Shown here: piece by piece, positions 37,466-48,555 of the stretch
Numbering within the stretch: the first letter of the stretch is position 1
Layout of the letters: each line of letters opens with the position of its first letter
Assembly (NCBI GenBank): GCA_001600815.1
Contig: BCKZ01000002.1
Span: 889,725-953,724, forward strand
Source of the DNA: Alloascoidea hylecoeti
Lineage: Eukaryota
Direction: 5' to 3'
DNA: 64,000 bases
Position numbers and translations under genes: made by a program
The notes under the pieces: model-generated
Seen by the model: only the letters and a program-made list of their open reading frames with translations
Told to the model about the DNA's origin: nothing
Databases searched by the model: none

Positions 37466-38915
37466 GAGTATAGTATTAAATGGAAGTTTATGAATTGAAA
37501 CATTATTAACGCATATATATATGATAATTATAAGATCATATTTAATATTAATTATGTTACTCTATACTAGCGTATACAGATTATTATTGTATTTACGCAC
37601 ATAGAGCTCTAGATCTTGATCCATATAATTGCTAGCACCCCCGATTGATTGACTTCATTGTTTTGGAAGTTCTTTTTCTCCTCTATAAAACAGGGGAAGA
37701 ATTGTCTAGATTTCTTCATAATTTTATAACTCTCATGATTCCTATCTAATATCTATCATGATTTATATCTCCGCTGATTTTGGGTTATTGACATTAACAC
37801 CATGTACAGCAAATCATTTGCCATAACCAAAAATTAATTCCCTCTAAACACAATTATAGTAGCTTTATTGCCAAATAGCCATATATCGAAAACTTCTCCC
37901 TTAAATTATACTCGGCTTAAAGGAGTGAGTACTAGCACTGGCTTAGATAATTTCATTTAGAGCCCCGCGCATCTGCTTCAATGTGGTAGATAATTATATT
38001 GTATAAAAGGGATTACCAATGAGTTTTCCGGTAATTTTTGGCCAATAGAACAAATGAATTTAGAATCATCTTTGGTGCAAGGATAATAGAGTGTCAAGTT
38101 GTTAACACATGACAGAAACTCCTTCGTGAAATTTTGTACTAAGCGCAAGAATATATAGAGGATTGTAATTGAGTGACATCATTATATGATTATCTTATAA
38201 ACGATCCGCCATTATAATATTATAACTCCACCGACTGGTCCTATAATAAACTATAGATCAAGCTGAAAATAGTAATCTATAACAACAGTTAGCTATAGTT
38301 ATAATTATTTATTTATCAACGCGTTCACATAAGGTTATGCATGAGCAACATTGAAGACATATTCCTATAGCTGTAGCTACCACCAGTTGAAGTTTATATA
38401 TAATTAGTTGTATATATATGAAGAATATCTATTAATTGTATTCATTGGAAATATAATTGGCCATGGGTTTAGAACTTCATCATTAGTCAATTAACTTCAT
38501 ATAGCTAGGATCTACAAAATACTTTCTTGAAGTTGAAAGTTTAAATTAAAGGAATGCAATAACTATAACCAACATTAAACATTAAACGATAACCAATACA
38601 AAGTCTTAAATAACAATCTAAATTTAAATGGCAGATAACAAACAACAAACAACAATTAAAAAATAACAAATAACAAATAACGAATAACAAATAAACAAAT
38701 ATGAATACTAACTCGACAAATATTAATAAGATGTTTTAAAGAAAAACAAAATATTTTAACCGATAATAAAAATTTCTTTAAAAAATGCTATTTTGTCTAT
38801 AAATAATACATGATTGCATATACAATATAGGCACCATAACCCAATTTCACCTTGTTTTTTAGTCTTTTGATTAAAATTTACAACATTAGGTAACTCAGTA
38901 ATAGGATCAATTTCC

Positions 38916-41807
38916 TTAAACCATTAGAGATGATTCATCTCCGGTATCTAAAAACATAAATAAATCTAAATCCATTCTATCCAATTCCCAAGGATTAAAA
39001 TCAATATTTGAACTATTTGATAGATTTTGATCTTGATATTGAAAATTATTACTATTATGACATTTTGATGTTTCCAATGTTATTTGTTGGGAATTGGTGA
39101 AGGAAGGTATTAAAGGAGGTGGTGGCATATTAATATTAATGTTAGAATGCATTTCTGGAAGATATGGAGGAATAGTGGTGTTGAGATTTAAAGTTGATGA
39201 GTTCGTGCATGGGAATAAATTCATGCATTTTGGTATTGTTGTTGGTGTCGGATTAGAGAATTGAGTTGAAGAAGTTGATGTTGCTGAGATATTCATTGGT
39301 AATTGGGATGAAGAACTTGTCATTAGGGTTTGATTTAAATTAAAAGTATGATTTTGATTTTGGCTAGATAATGTGTTCATAATAGGAATAGATGGATTGT
39401 TTATTGATGGAATTGAAGATGTAAAAGGTCTCAATGTTGGTTGAGGTAAATGATTTAAAGGTCTATTGTTAAAAGTTCCTTCTCCAGTAGCAGTTGTAGT
39501 AGGAGTAATAGTTTGACATAATGAATCAGGAACATGCCTTTGCATACATGTACTTGTTTCATTATAATTGGGGGAACCATTAAGTAATATTTGTGATGGA
39601 GGAGGAAGATTTGTTGTAACTTTACTAATTGATCCATATGTATTGTTGTTATTCTCATTGTCAGTAATTGAATGTGCTAATGGAGAAGATGTATAGCCAG
39701 TTGGTATTATTCGATTGGAAGATGGTAAAGGAAGGCTATTTTTATTTGTAATGATTGAATTTAAAGAATCGCCATTTTCATTATTTGAAGTAGAAGATGT
39801 GATTAAAGTTGAAGCATAATTTGTGCAAGAATTTGAATTTGAATTTGCATAGGCATTTGAATTTGCATTCGCACAAGAATTTCCATTTGAATTTACAGAA
39901 GAATTAATATTTGGGTTCGCACAAGAATGGATATTTGAATTTCCATCAGAATTTGAATTTGAAGGGTTATTACCATTATCATTATTAGTACCATTCCAAA
40001 TTTTTAATTTAAAATTTATTTTATTAAAAATATTTGGTAAAACTTTTTGTAATAATTTTAAATAATCATCACAAACTTTTCTTGGTGCATTCCAATCTTT
40101 TCCAAAAATATTTAAAACTTGTAAACCTAATTCTAAATTTTTAATATAAAAATCAATTTTTTCATTAAATATATGAGAATATTTATGAGTTCTATAATAT
40201 GATATTATAGCAGCAATGAAAACATAAATTGATGCAGATACACAACATGTCCAAACTGGATCTTGTTGTGTTAAATTTGAAATTAATGTTAAATCAGCTA
40301 ATAATTTAATAATTGATTCTGCTGCTTCAACTGCTCTTTTTGTTGAAATTATTTTTGTATAATTTGATAAATCATATATTTTAGTACCATGAGGTATTAA
40401 TCTTTTTTTAACAGCATCTTCAAATATATTTTGTGAAGTTGATGATTGAGGTTGAGGACCAGTTTTTAAAACACTTGGATGTCTTGATAAATGTTCAGTA
40501 ACTAATAAAGATTGAGGATAACTTAATAATATAATAGCATAATTTAAATCTAAAATTGCTTGTACAACACCAGCATTTAATTGGGCATCTGCACCAAACA
40601 TTGTATATTCTGGAGAATCTGATCTAGTTAGATTTAATTTTAAAGAAGCTGATTGTATAAGAACTTGTGTACATAATTCTTTAGCATCTTTGGGCATTTC
40701 TATACCAGATTTTGAAGAAGAAGAAGAAGGTAAAGATAAATTTAATGGAGCTTCTAATAAATGTTGATAATATTGTACCATTTCATCAATAATTAAGGTT
40801 GCTTCACTTTTAGCAATATAAGAATGACCTTTTAAAATTGGATATTTTATTTTGATTTGTTTTAAAACTAATTTACTTCTTTTTAATTGATTTGAATTCA
40901 TTGCAATATCTAAACAATAACTTTCCCAAAATGATCTTCTTGATAATTCTAAAATTAAATTAAAATTAGTTTTTGAAATTAAATTAATTATTCTTTTTGA
41001 TTGAAATAATTTTAAATTTGATTGTTGTGTTGATGTAAAAGAATCTAATTGATGTAGATTTGAATCTAATAATAATGAAACAGCCATTTCTCTAATAATA
41101 ATTGATTTTGTTGGATCATATAAATGAATATATAATGATAATAAAATTATTGATTGTAATCGGATTAAATCAAAAGGACCAGTTTCGAATTCTGAACGAC
41201 ATTTCTTATATATGGTTTCTCTAGCTGATTGGTTGTTAACATAAGTAGTTGAAGTATTAGAATTTGTATTTGTATTCGTATTTGCATTAACATTTGTTTT
41301 TGTATTAGTTTTTGATGTAGAATCAGGTAAAGTTTTCAAAAAATAAAGTTGTAAAACAGAAAATAAATCAGGAATCTCTGCAATTTCGGGTAATAATTCT
41401 CTTTCGAATAATATTGGATGAAACTTGTGAAACCTAGCATAGAATGTTGGTATAACTTGATCAAGTGGTGCTGAATCTTGATCAGCTCGACTTAAGTAAA
41501 TAACATTACACGGAGAGAAAGTCTCTCTTATTTCTCTTTCATCATGTACATTAGTATTTAATTTAATTTGTTCTTGTTCTTCTTCTTTTGGTTGTTTATT
41601 TTCATTTTCATTTTCATTTTCATTTTCATTTTCAAGTTTCATTTGAGCCTGTTTTAAAGTTGTAATAATCCGTTTTTTGACTTTCTTTGCCTTATGAGAG
41701 GCTCTTTTTGGATATACACATTCGAGGTTGTGTAATCTACATCGACGGCAAGGCTGTTGACCTCCACATCTATAGTGTTTTTCCTTACAATTTGTACAGG
41801 CAGCCAT
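38916..41807 (-). CDS. Zn(II)2Cys6 transcription factor with fungal middle homology region
   Basis: ACTNCKEKHYRCGGQQPCRRCRLHNLECVY; FYARFHKFHPIL; ELSRRSFWESYCLD. Confidence 0.92.
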   Translation of the reverse strand: MAACTNCKEKHYRCGGQQPCRRCRLHNLECVYPKRASHKAKKVKKRIITTLKQAQMKLENENENENENENKQPKEEEQEQIKLNTNVHDEREIRETFSPCNVIYLSRADQDSAPLDQVIPTFYARFHKFHPILFERELLPEIAEIPDLFSVLQLYFLKTLPDSTSKTNTKTNVNANTNTNTNSNTSTTYVNNQSARETIYKKCRSEFETGPFDLIRLQSIILLSLYIHLYDPTKSIIIREMAVSLLLDSNLHQLDSFTSTQQSNLKLFQSKRIINLISKTNFNLILELSRRSFWESYCLDIAMNSNQLKRSKLVLKQIKIKYPILKGHSYIAKSEATLIIDEMVQYYQHLLEAPLNLSLPSSSSSKSGIEMPKDAKELCTQVLIQSASLKLNLTRSDSPEYTMFGADAQLNAGVVQAILDLNYAIILLSYPQSLLVTEHLSRHPSVLKTGPQPQSSTSQNIFEDAVKKRLIPHGTKIYDLSNYTKIISTKRAVEAAESIIKLLADLTLISNLTQQDPVWTCCVSASIYVFIAAIISYYRTHKYSHIFNEKIDFYIKNLELGLQVLNIFGKDWNAPRKVCDDYLKLLQKVLPNIFNKINFKLKIWNGTNNDNGNNPSNSNSDGNSNIHSCANPNINSSVNSNGNSCANANSNAYANSNSNSCTNYASTLITSSTSNNENGDSLNSIITNKNSLPLPSSNRIIPTGYTSSPLAHSITDNENNNNTYGSISKVTTNLPPPSQILLNGSPNYNETSTCMQRHVPDSLCQTITPTTTATGEGTFNNRPLNHLPQPTLRPFTSSIPSINNPSIPIMNTLSSQNQNHTFNLNQTLMTSSSSQLPMNISATSTSSTQFSNPTPTTIPKCMNLFPCTNSSTLNLNTTIPPYLPEMHSNININMPPPPLIPSFTNSQQITLETSKCHNSNNFQYQDQNLSNSSNIDFNPWELDRMDLDLFMFLDTGDESSLMV

Positions 41808-42153
41808 TTCACCTGCTTAAGTTTTTTTGAATATTTAATAAGAGGCCATGTGATTCGGGAGGGTGTGTTTTACATTGCTATCTCTCGGGTGTCCGGATGT
41901 TGGGTTTTTGATGCGTCACGCATTAAATATTCGCAAAACTGGTGAATAATATTCGGGGGTATTAGTATAGAGTAATTAACGTACTATAAGAGTGAGATCT
42001 TTCCAGGATAAGGAGGATAATTATCTGCCATGTAATTCTTAAGAAATTCAAAACCAAACAGATAAAAAGATCGCGATCTTTGAGGCGTAAGGGTGTTACA
42101 TCCAACGAAACTAACTTTACAATTACAGAAATGAAAACATCAAATTGGAGAAA

Positions 42154-43347
42154 ATGAATCTTTTAATTGATAAACATGAACGATTTTTTAAATTTGCATT
42201 AACAGTTCTTCCAGATTATGTAACATCATTAGATTCATCATTGATTGGAATTGCATATTTTTCACTTTGCGGATTAGATTTGATTAAAACACCTATTGAA
42301 AAAATTTATAAAGATCGATTAGAATGGGTTTATAAATTATTAGTTCCATCAAAGGAAGGTTTTAGAGGATCATTAACACATGAGTATGAAGAAGATCCTC
42401 CTCATATTGCAGCTACATATTTTGGATTATGTATATTGGCTACTCTAAAAGATACAGAAATGATTTCAAAGTTAGATCGATATGCAATGGTTAAATATTT
42501 GAAGAAATGCCAAAGAAAGGACGGAAGTTTTGCACCAATTTATATCAATGGAGAACCAAGTGGGGAAGAAGATACAAGATATTCATTATGTGCGGTTTCG
42601 ATTAGGTCAATGTTATTTATGAATGAGCCGCCACCAAAGGAAATTGATATAAATGTTGAAAAGGCAATTGAATTTGTTAAAAGTGTTAAGACTATTGACG
42701 GTGGGTATGCAATGAATGAACTAGGAGAATCGCATGCGGGACTCACATTTTGTTCCATTGTGACATTAAGTTTATTAGGAGCTATTGGTATAGATGATGA
42801 GGCGAATGAAGATACGGTAAGATGGTTGGTTCATAGACAAATAGGGCCGAGGTGTGGTATAGACGAAATTAGCGTTGGCAAATGCCTTGAAGATGGGATC
42901 GATGTGTACGATATTGGAGGGTTCAATGGAAGGACGAGCAAGATTGCAGACACATGTTACTCGTTTTGGGTCTTGGGAGCGCTATCGGTGTTGAAACCCC
43001 AAAGCTACTCAACGCTGATTGATGTTGGTCTGCTGGAGAGATACATGCTGCTTGAAACGCAGCAGCCGATTATCGGAGGATTTTCGAAAAACCGGGCGAA
43101 AGCCGAAGACGAGGAAGAAGAGCCCACGTTTGCCTTTGACAGGTTCTGGACGAACAATGGGAACCGGATCGACAACACCCCGGACGTGTACCACAGCTTC
43201 CTGGGGCTTGCTGCGTGTGGCCTGGCGAAGAGCGAGCATCTCCGTGGGCTTCTCAACGATTTCGATGGCCGTCTGTGCATTTCAACGGCCGCCGTGCTGT
43301 TTCTGCGAGGGTTGGGTTGGGACGCGGCGTCACGTGCGCGCGAGTGA
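42154..43347 (+). CDS. CDC43: Geranylgeranyltransferase type I beta subunit
   Basis: KHERFFKFALTVLP, EEDTRYSLCA, GESHAGLTFC, GGFNGRTSKIADTCYSFWV, PDVYHSFLGLA. The first in-frame ATG is at 42154. Confidence 0.9.
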   Translation: MNLLIDKHERFFKFALTVLPDYVTSLDSSLIGIAYFSLCGLDLIKTPIEKIYKDRLEWVYKLLVPSKEGFRGSLTHEYEEDPPHIAATYFGLCILATLKDTEMISKLDRYAMVKYLKKCQRKDGSFAPIYINGEPSGEEDTRYSLCAVSIRSMLFMNEPPPKEIDINVEKAIEFVKSVKTIDGGYAMNELGESHAGLTFCSIVTLSLLGAIGIDDEANEDTVRWLVHRQIGPRCGIDEISVGKCLEDGIDVYDIGGFNGRTSKIADTCYSFWVLGALSVLKPQSYSTLIDVGLLERYMLLETQQPIIGGFSKNRAKAEDEEEEPTFAFDRFWTNNGNRIDNTPDVYHSFLGLAACGLAKSEHLRGLLNDFDGRLCISTAAVLFLRGLGWDAASRARE

Positions 43348-43508
43348 GTGTGAAAAGCGGGCTCGGCTAAGCCAGCGGCTAATGGGCAGCTCCTTCCACC
43401 CCGAGCGGCCCCACTTTTTGTAGCTTAATACACATGAATACTTAAACCCCCAGTGTCCCCCGTGTTTAGTGAGCTTTCCAAATTAGTAACCCCAGTTGTG
43501 CGACTTTT

Positions 43509-45041
43509 ATGATGCTCAGATTGTCTTCTGCTTCTTTTGCTGCTGTTAACTTCTCTTCTCCCCTCAAACTGAAACTGCTGACCAGCACCCTCAAAATGTC
43601 CACTGCAGCAATCATCACCGACAACGCAAAGCCCAAGCCTGACACAGTCATTTCCGACATTTCAAGTTACACCCACAATTACAAAGTGGACTCTCAATTG
43701 GCCTTCAAAACTGCTCACTACTGCTTTTTGGACTCCCTTGGTTGCGCTCTGGCTGCCCTCAAATATCCACAAGCCACCAGCATCATTGGCCCTGTTGTCC
43801 CCATGACCGTCCCGCACGGTGCTAGGGTAATTGGTACTTCTTTCGAATTGGACCCTGTACAGGCTGCTTTCAGCAATACTGCTTTGATCCGCTGGTTGGA
43901 TTATAATGATTGTTGGTTAGCTGCTGAATGGGGTCATCCTTCTGACAATTTAGGATCCATCATTTCTGTTGCTGACTATTTAAACAGAACTGGCCAGGCT
44001 AAATTCACTGTTAATGATGTTTTGGAAGGTTTGATTAAATGCCATGAAATTCAAGGTTGTCTTGCTCTTGAAAATTCCTTCAATGCTGTTGGTCTTGACC
44101 ATGTTTTATTAGTTAAAGTTGCTTCAACTGCTGTCGTTTCAAAAATGTTGGGTTTAACTGAAGATCAAACAATTGATGCCTTATCTCAAGCTTTTGTTGA
44201 TGGCCAAGCCTTAAGAACTTATCGTCATGCTCCAAATACAATGTCTCGTAAATCTTGGGCTGCTGCAGATGCCGTTGCTCGTGCTGTTAATTTAGCTTAT
44301 CTTGTTAAAAAAGGTCAAGGTGGTATGCCTTCTATTTTAACTGCAAAAACTTGGGGTTTCTACGATGTTTTATTTAAAGGTAAAGAATTCAAATTTCAAA
44401 GACCTTATGGTTCTTATGTTATGGAAAATGTTTTGTTTAAAATTTCTTTCCCTGCTGAATTTCATGCTCAAACTGCTGTTGAAGCTGCATTAACTGTTAA
44501 CAAGACTTTAGCCTCAAAAAATTTAACTTATAAAGATATTAAATCAATTCGTATTAGAACTCAAAATGCTGGTATGAGAATTATTGATAAAAAAGGTCCT
44601 TTACATAATTATGCTGATCGTGATCATTGTATTCAATATATGGTTGCAATTCCTTTAATTTATGGTAGATTAACTGCTGATGATTATTCTGATTCAATTG
44701 CTTCAAATCCTGATATTGATGCATTACGTGAAAAAATGTATTGTGTTGAAGATGAAAAATTCACAACTGAATATCATGAACCTGAAAAGAGATATATTGG
44801 TAATGCAATTCAAGTTACTTTAAATGATGGTCAAGTTTTAGATGATGTTGTTGTTGATTTCCCAATTGGTCATAAAAATAGAAGAGAAGAAGGTATTCCT
44901 GTTTTAATGGAAAAATTTAAAAGACATTTGAATGAACAATTTAAACCTGATCAAGTTGAAAAGATTTTAAAAGTTAGTGAAGATTATGATACTTTAAAAG
45001 ATTTAAATATCAGTGATTATTTAGCTTTATATAAAAAATAA
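43509..45041 (+). CDS. PDH1: 2-methylcitrate dehydratase (PrpD family), with mitochondrial-type presequence
   Basis: IRWLDYNDCWLAAEWGHPSDNLG, RTYRHAPNTMSRKSWAA, FKISFPAEFHAQTA, NYADRDHCIQYM. Confidence 0.96.
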   Translation: MMLRLSSASFAAVNFSSPLKLKLLTSTLKMSTAAIITDNAKPKPDTVISDISSYTHNYKVDSQLAFKTAHYCFLDSLGCALAALKYPQATSIIGPVVPMTVPHGARVIGTSFELDPVQAAFSNTALIRWLDYNDCWLAAEWGHPSDNLGSIISVADYLNRTGQAKFTVNDVLEGLIKCHEIQGCLALENSFNAVGLDHVLLVKVASTAVVSKMLGLTEDQTIDALSQAFVDGQALRTYRHAPNTMSRKSWAAADAVARAVNLAYLVKKGQGGMPSILTAKTWGFYDVLFKGKEFKFQRPYGSYVMENVLFKISFPAEFHAQTAVEAALTVNKTLASKNLTYKDIKSIRIRTQNAGMRIIDKKGPLHNYADRDHCIQYMVAIPLIYGRLTADDYSDSIASNPDIDALREKMYCVEDEKFTTEYHEPEKRYIGNAIQVTLNDGQVLDDVVVDFPIGHKNRREEGIPVLMEKFKRHLNEQFKPDQVEKILKVSEDYDTLKDLNISDYLALYKK

Positions 45042-45576
45042 ACAATAACATAGTTATAGTTTTAAATAAATGAGAAAAATTACTTGTGATTATACTAATT
45101 TATTTGTGACAATTGCACCTATCTTGTGGTAGTTTAGCTACCAGTACTACAGTAGTAACACTAAACATTGCGTAGAAATAAAACAACTTTTTTAAAATTT
45201 AACAAAAATTATTTACTGTCTAGCTATAATATTTTAATGAGTCCTTCTTATATAATAGTTATAATTTCAATCGGTTTAACTGTGCATTTTCCATCACTGA
45301 ACTTCCTCAATATTAATATAGATGTGTTTTTGAAACTAGAAGTTATGATTTTGGCCTTGAATACCTGGATTTGACGTTTATCATATAACTTCAGGAAGTC
45401 AGCTTACTGGGTATGAGGTGAGGTGGACTATCTTTTTGTTATATTTCCTGAAAGCAGACTTTAAACTACTGTAACAAGTGGAACACCTACTGAGACACCT
45501 TCTTGTTGGCGTTGGTACTAACACATTAGCTAATTCATTTACCTTACTGAGAATCCTGTTTCATTTGTGTTCCAAA

Positions 45577-45851
45577 TATTCGGGAACAGGATTCGTACTG
45601 ATCTAGAACGTCTAGAGGGACGGCAGTGGGTTCTGGGTTCCGTTTTTGTAAAGTTTCTGCTGAATTTGGAATTGGCTTGGCATCCACTTCTACCAGTTTG
45701 AACCATCATAATGAATAATCCTCTCTTCCCAACGAGTGTTGTTGATGCCAAGCCAATTCCAAATTCAGCAGAAACTTTACAAAAACGGAACCCAGAACCC
45801 ACTGCCGTCCCTCTAGACGTTCTAGATCAGTAAGAATCCTGTTCCCGAATA
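45577..45851. repeat. Long inverted repeat: 108-bp arms (45577-45684 and 45744-45851) with a 59-bp spacer
   Basis: The arms are reverse complements with one mismatch that I could find (attcGtactg vs attcTtactg). Confidence 0.95.
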
Positions 45852-47238
45852 AGAAAGGGAAGAGATGTTGTGTATGAGTGTACTATAGTACTCATATTGA
45901 ATTTGCAGAAAGCAGATTTTTTTTAATCAACTTTGAATTTTAAGAGGACAACACCGTGAATCTTCATATTTAAATTTGTTAATGAGACAAGTGATTCAAG
46001 GTTATATCCAGTACTCTACTATGGAAGTGTGATTTGGTACGCAATAAATAAATACATGTTGGAAAAAATCACTAGTTTACATAATTGACGTATTAGAAAT
46101 ACGTTAAATTCTTCATGCTGAAAAAATGTTTTTTTTTTTACTGACGAATTCAATTCTATGAATGGAAAAATTCATCTTGGATAAATCCTTGTCCTGGCAC
46201 ATGGGAATGAAATTAATAATAACTTAATATCCTATAAAATCATAACCAAATGGCAAACTCATTACAATTGCAAATTTAAAGGTTTAGCCGGCAAATAAAG
46301 TGTTACGAAATGCGAATAACGTTAGCAAGAACGACCATTAATTGTAACTAGAAGATCTAGATAAGCTGATAACTGTTGGCTATAGTAAACACACAAGAAT
46401 ACTCGAGAAACTCGTAGAAGATAATAAAGGCAGACTAAGAAGATTAGTAAACTCACAACAAGAATAAGGTTGTTCACAGGTTCTTTGCATATGCATATCG
46501 AATGATGCATAGAATCAGGTACACACGATCAATAGACACTAATAAGCAATTACCTTATATTGATTATTGATAATCGTTACTGAAGTTCATTTTTCTTACC
46601 ATAATTTTCGCGATAATAATTAATATTAATATATGCATCTAAAGTTAAAGAAATAGATTGGATATAACAATAGTTGTAAGGTTAGTGTAGCAAGGGTATG
46701 TACTATCTATATAATTTATTAATTAATTGATCCTACAATTTCATTTAATATATAAATCAATTGTCATCTTTATATTTATTAAATTGGATCCACAACAATT
46801 TAACAAAGAAAAGAAATCAAAAAAGTAATATTAAAATTAAAAATTTAAAAAGTTTTTTTTTTTTTACTGGGGTACATAATATATAACAACTTAATTAAAA
46901 TGTTATAAGCTAAATATTTTTTTATAGATCAATATTCTTGAAAAATATTGATAAATATATAGATAATAAAAACAATTTTTTTTAAAAAACAAATATAAAA
47001 ACAATATTTCAATTTGCAAAGATATTTAAAAAGTTTAATAGTTAACCAACCAAAAAAACTGCCTGCAGAATTATATGTAAAAGTTTAATCAAATTTAAAT
47101 TGTTAAAATTAAAAATTGCAAAGGAAAGTTACATAGGAAAAAGCTTCAATGACTTTCAATAGATTTTTTTAGATACTTGGGGAGATAATAGAGGTTAATA
47201 GGTGTAATAAGGGGAATAAAATGAAATTGCTAAAGATA

Positions 47239-48555
47239 TCAGTTATACAATACAAATTTGGCTTTACCGGTGGTAACACCAACAGTACAACCATCAGTAC
47301 CATCACCATTATAAGTACCATCTTTATAAACACAAGTACCACTAATAGTTGCATCATCACCATAAGCAACAATTTTGACGTTATAATTCATAGCGTCATA
47401 GTTATTTGGATTTGGAATCAAGGATAAGTAAGAAACACCATCAGTGTAACCAGCACCAAAATTTAAAGGAGACCAATTACCTAAACCTGAACCAGAAGTA
47501 CCCCAAACACAACCTTTTGTCCAACTAATACCAGCATTATTAACGTAATATTGAGCAGATGTTGGTAATCCTTGCCATTGATAATAAGTTTCCTGATTAA
47601 CAGTTGTTAAAGGTAATTCACCACCAGCTTCAACATAAGTTGGAATAACCATATTTTCGGTACCGGGGTAATCAGTTCTACAAACAGCAACATCATCAGA
47701 GATTTCAGAAACAACATAAGCAACATCAACACCCCATTCACATAAGTAATCAGTATCAGTGTTTGATCTATATAAATAACCATCTTTACATAATAAACCA
47801 CCAACGGAAACACCATTTGAAGGTTGAGCAGAAGGCCATTGAGTCTTTGACATACCAGGTTGACAAGCATAAGAACAATAAGAACCATCTTCACAAGTAC
47901 CACCAGTTGAAGTATCGTCATTTTCGATACCTGACCAACCACCAAAACCTAAATGGTCTAAAGCAATAACACCATTTCCTTCTGGGAAAGAATCACAACT
48001 TATAGTTCCATCTTCGAATTTTTCGGTTGGATCAACATAAGAGTCTAAATCGCCGTAAATACTACCTGAAGAGGTTGAAGTTGAAGAAGCAGTTGAAGTA
48101 GTACGTGTACTTGAGGAAGAAGCTTTTGAAGTAGATGAAAGTTTTGAGCTTGTAGAAAGAGTTGAGCTTGTGACAACACTTGAGCTTGAACTTGAACTTG
48201 AAGTGGAGGAAGGAACAGCAGATGATATAGCACTAGAAATTTCACTCAAGAGATCGACAGTCGAGGAAGAAGCTAGAAATGAAGAGGCGGCGGCGGTGAA
48301 AGAGGCAGAGTCCACAACTTCTTTGGCGCCAGCGGACAAAGAAGCGTAAGAATCTGAAGTAGCTTCAGAAATTGTTGAGAATTCAGCTGAAGGAACGACG
48401 GTGGCTCCACTACCATCAACAGTGACCGTAACGTAAACATATTCAACAGCGACAGCACGTTTATGTTTATGATGGGCATGAGCCATACCAGCTGGAGAGG
48501 CTAAAGTAAGAGCAGCCATATAGGCCGAAATGAGAGATATAGTTGATAATTTCAT
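47239..48555 (-). CDS. SUN-family (GH132; Sim1/Uth1/Nca3/Sun4-like) secreted beta-glucanase
   Basis: Signal peptide, HKHKR processing site, S/T-rich linker, [41 protein letters not shown]. Confidence 0.95.
   Translation of the reverse strand: MKLSTISLISAYMAALTLASPAGMAHAHHKHKRAVAVEYVYVTVTVDGSGATVVPSAEFSTISEATSDSYASLSAGAKEVVDSASFTAAASSFLASSSTVDLLSEISSAISSAVPSSTSSSSSSSSVVTSSTLSTSSKLSSTSKASSSSTRTTSTASSTSTSSGSIYGDLDSYVDPTEKFEDGTISCDSFPEGNGVIALDHLGFGGWSGIENDDTSTGGTCEDGSYCSYACQPGMSKTQWPSAQPSNGVSVGGLLCKDGYLYRSNTDTDYLCEWGVDVAYVVSEISDDVAVCRTDYPGTENMVIPTYVEAGGELPLTTVNQETYYQWQGLPTSAQYYVNNAGISWTKGCVWGTSGSGLGNWSPLNFGAGYTDGVSYLSLIPNPNNYDAMNYNVKIVAYGDDATISGTCVYKDGTYNGDGTDGCTVGVTTGKAKFVLYN

Noticed and set aside
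43005..43423. ORFs overlapping the CDC43 3' end
   Set aside because: A by-product of locally high GC.
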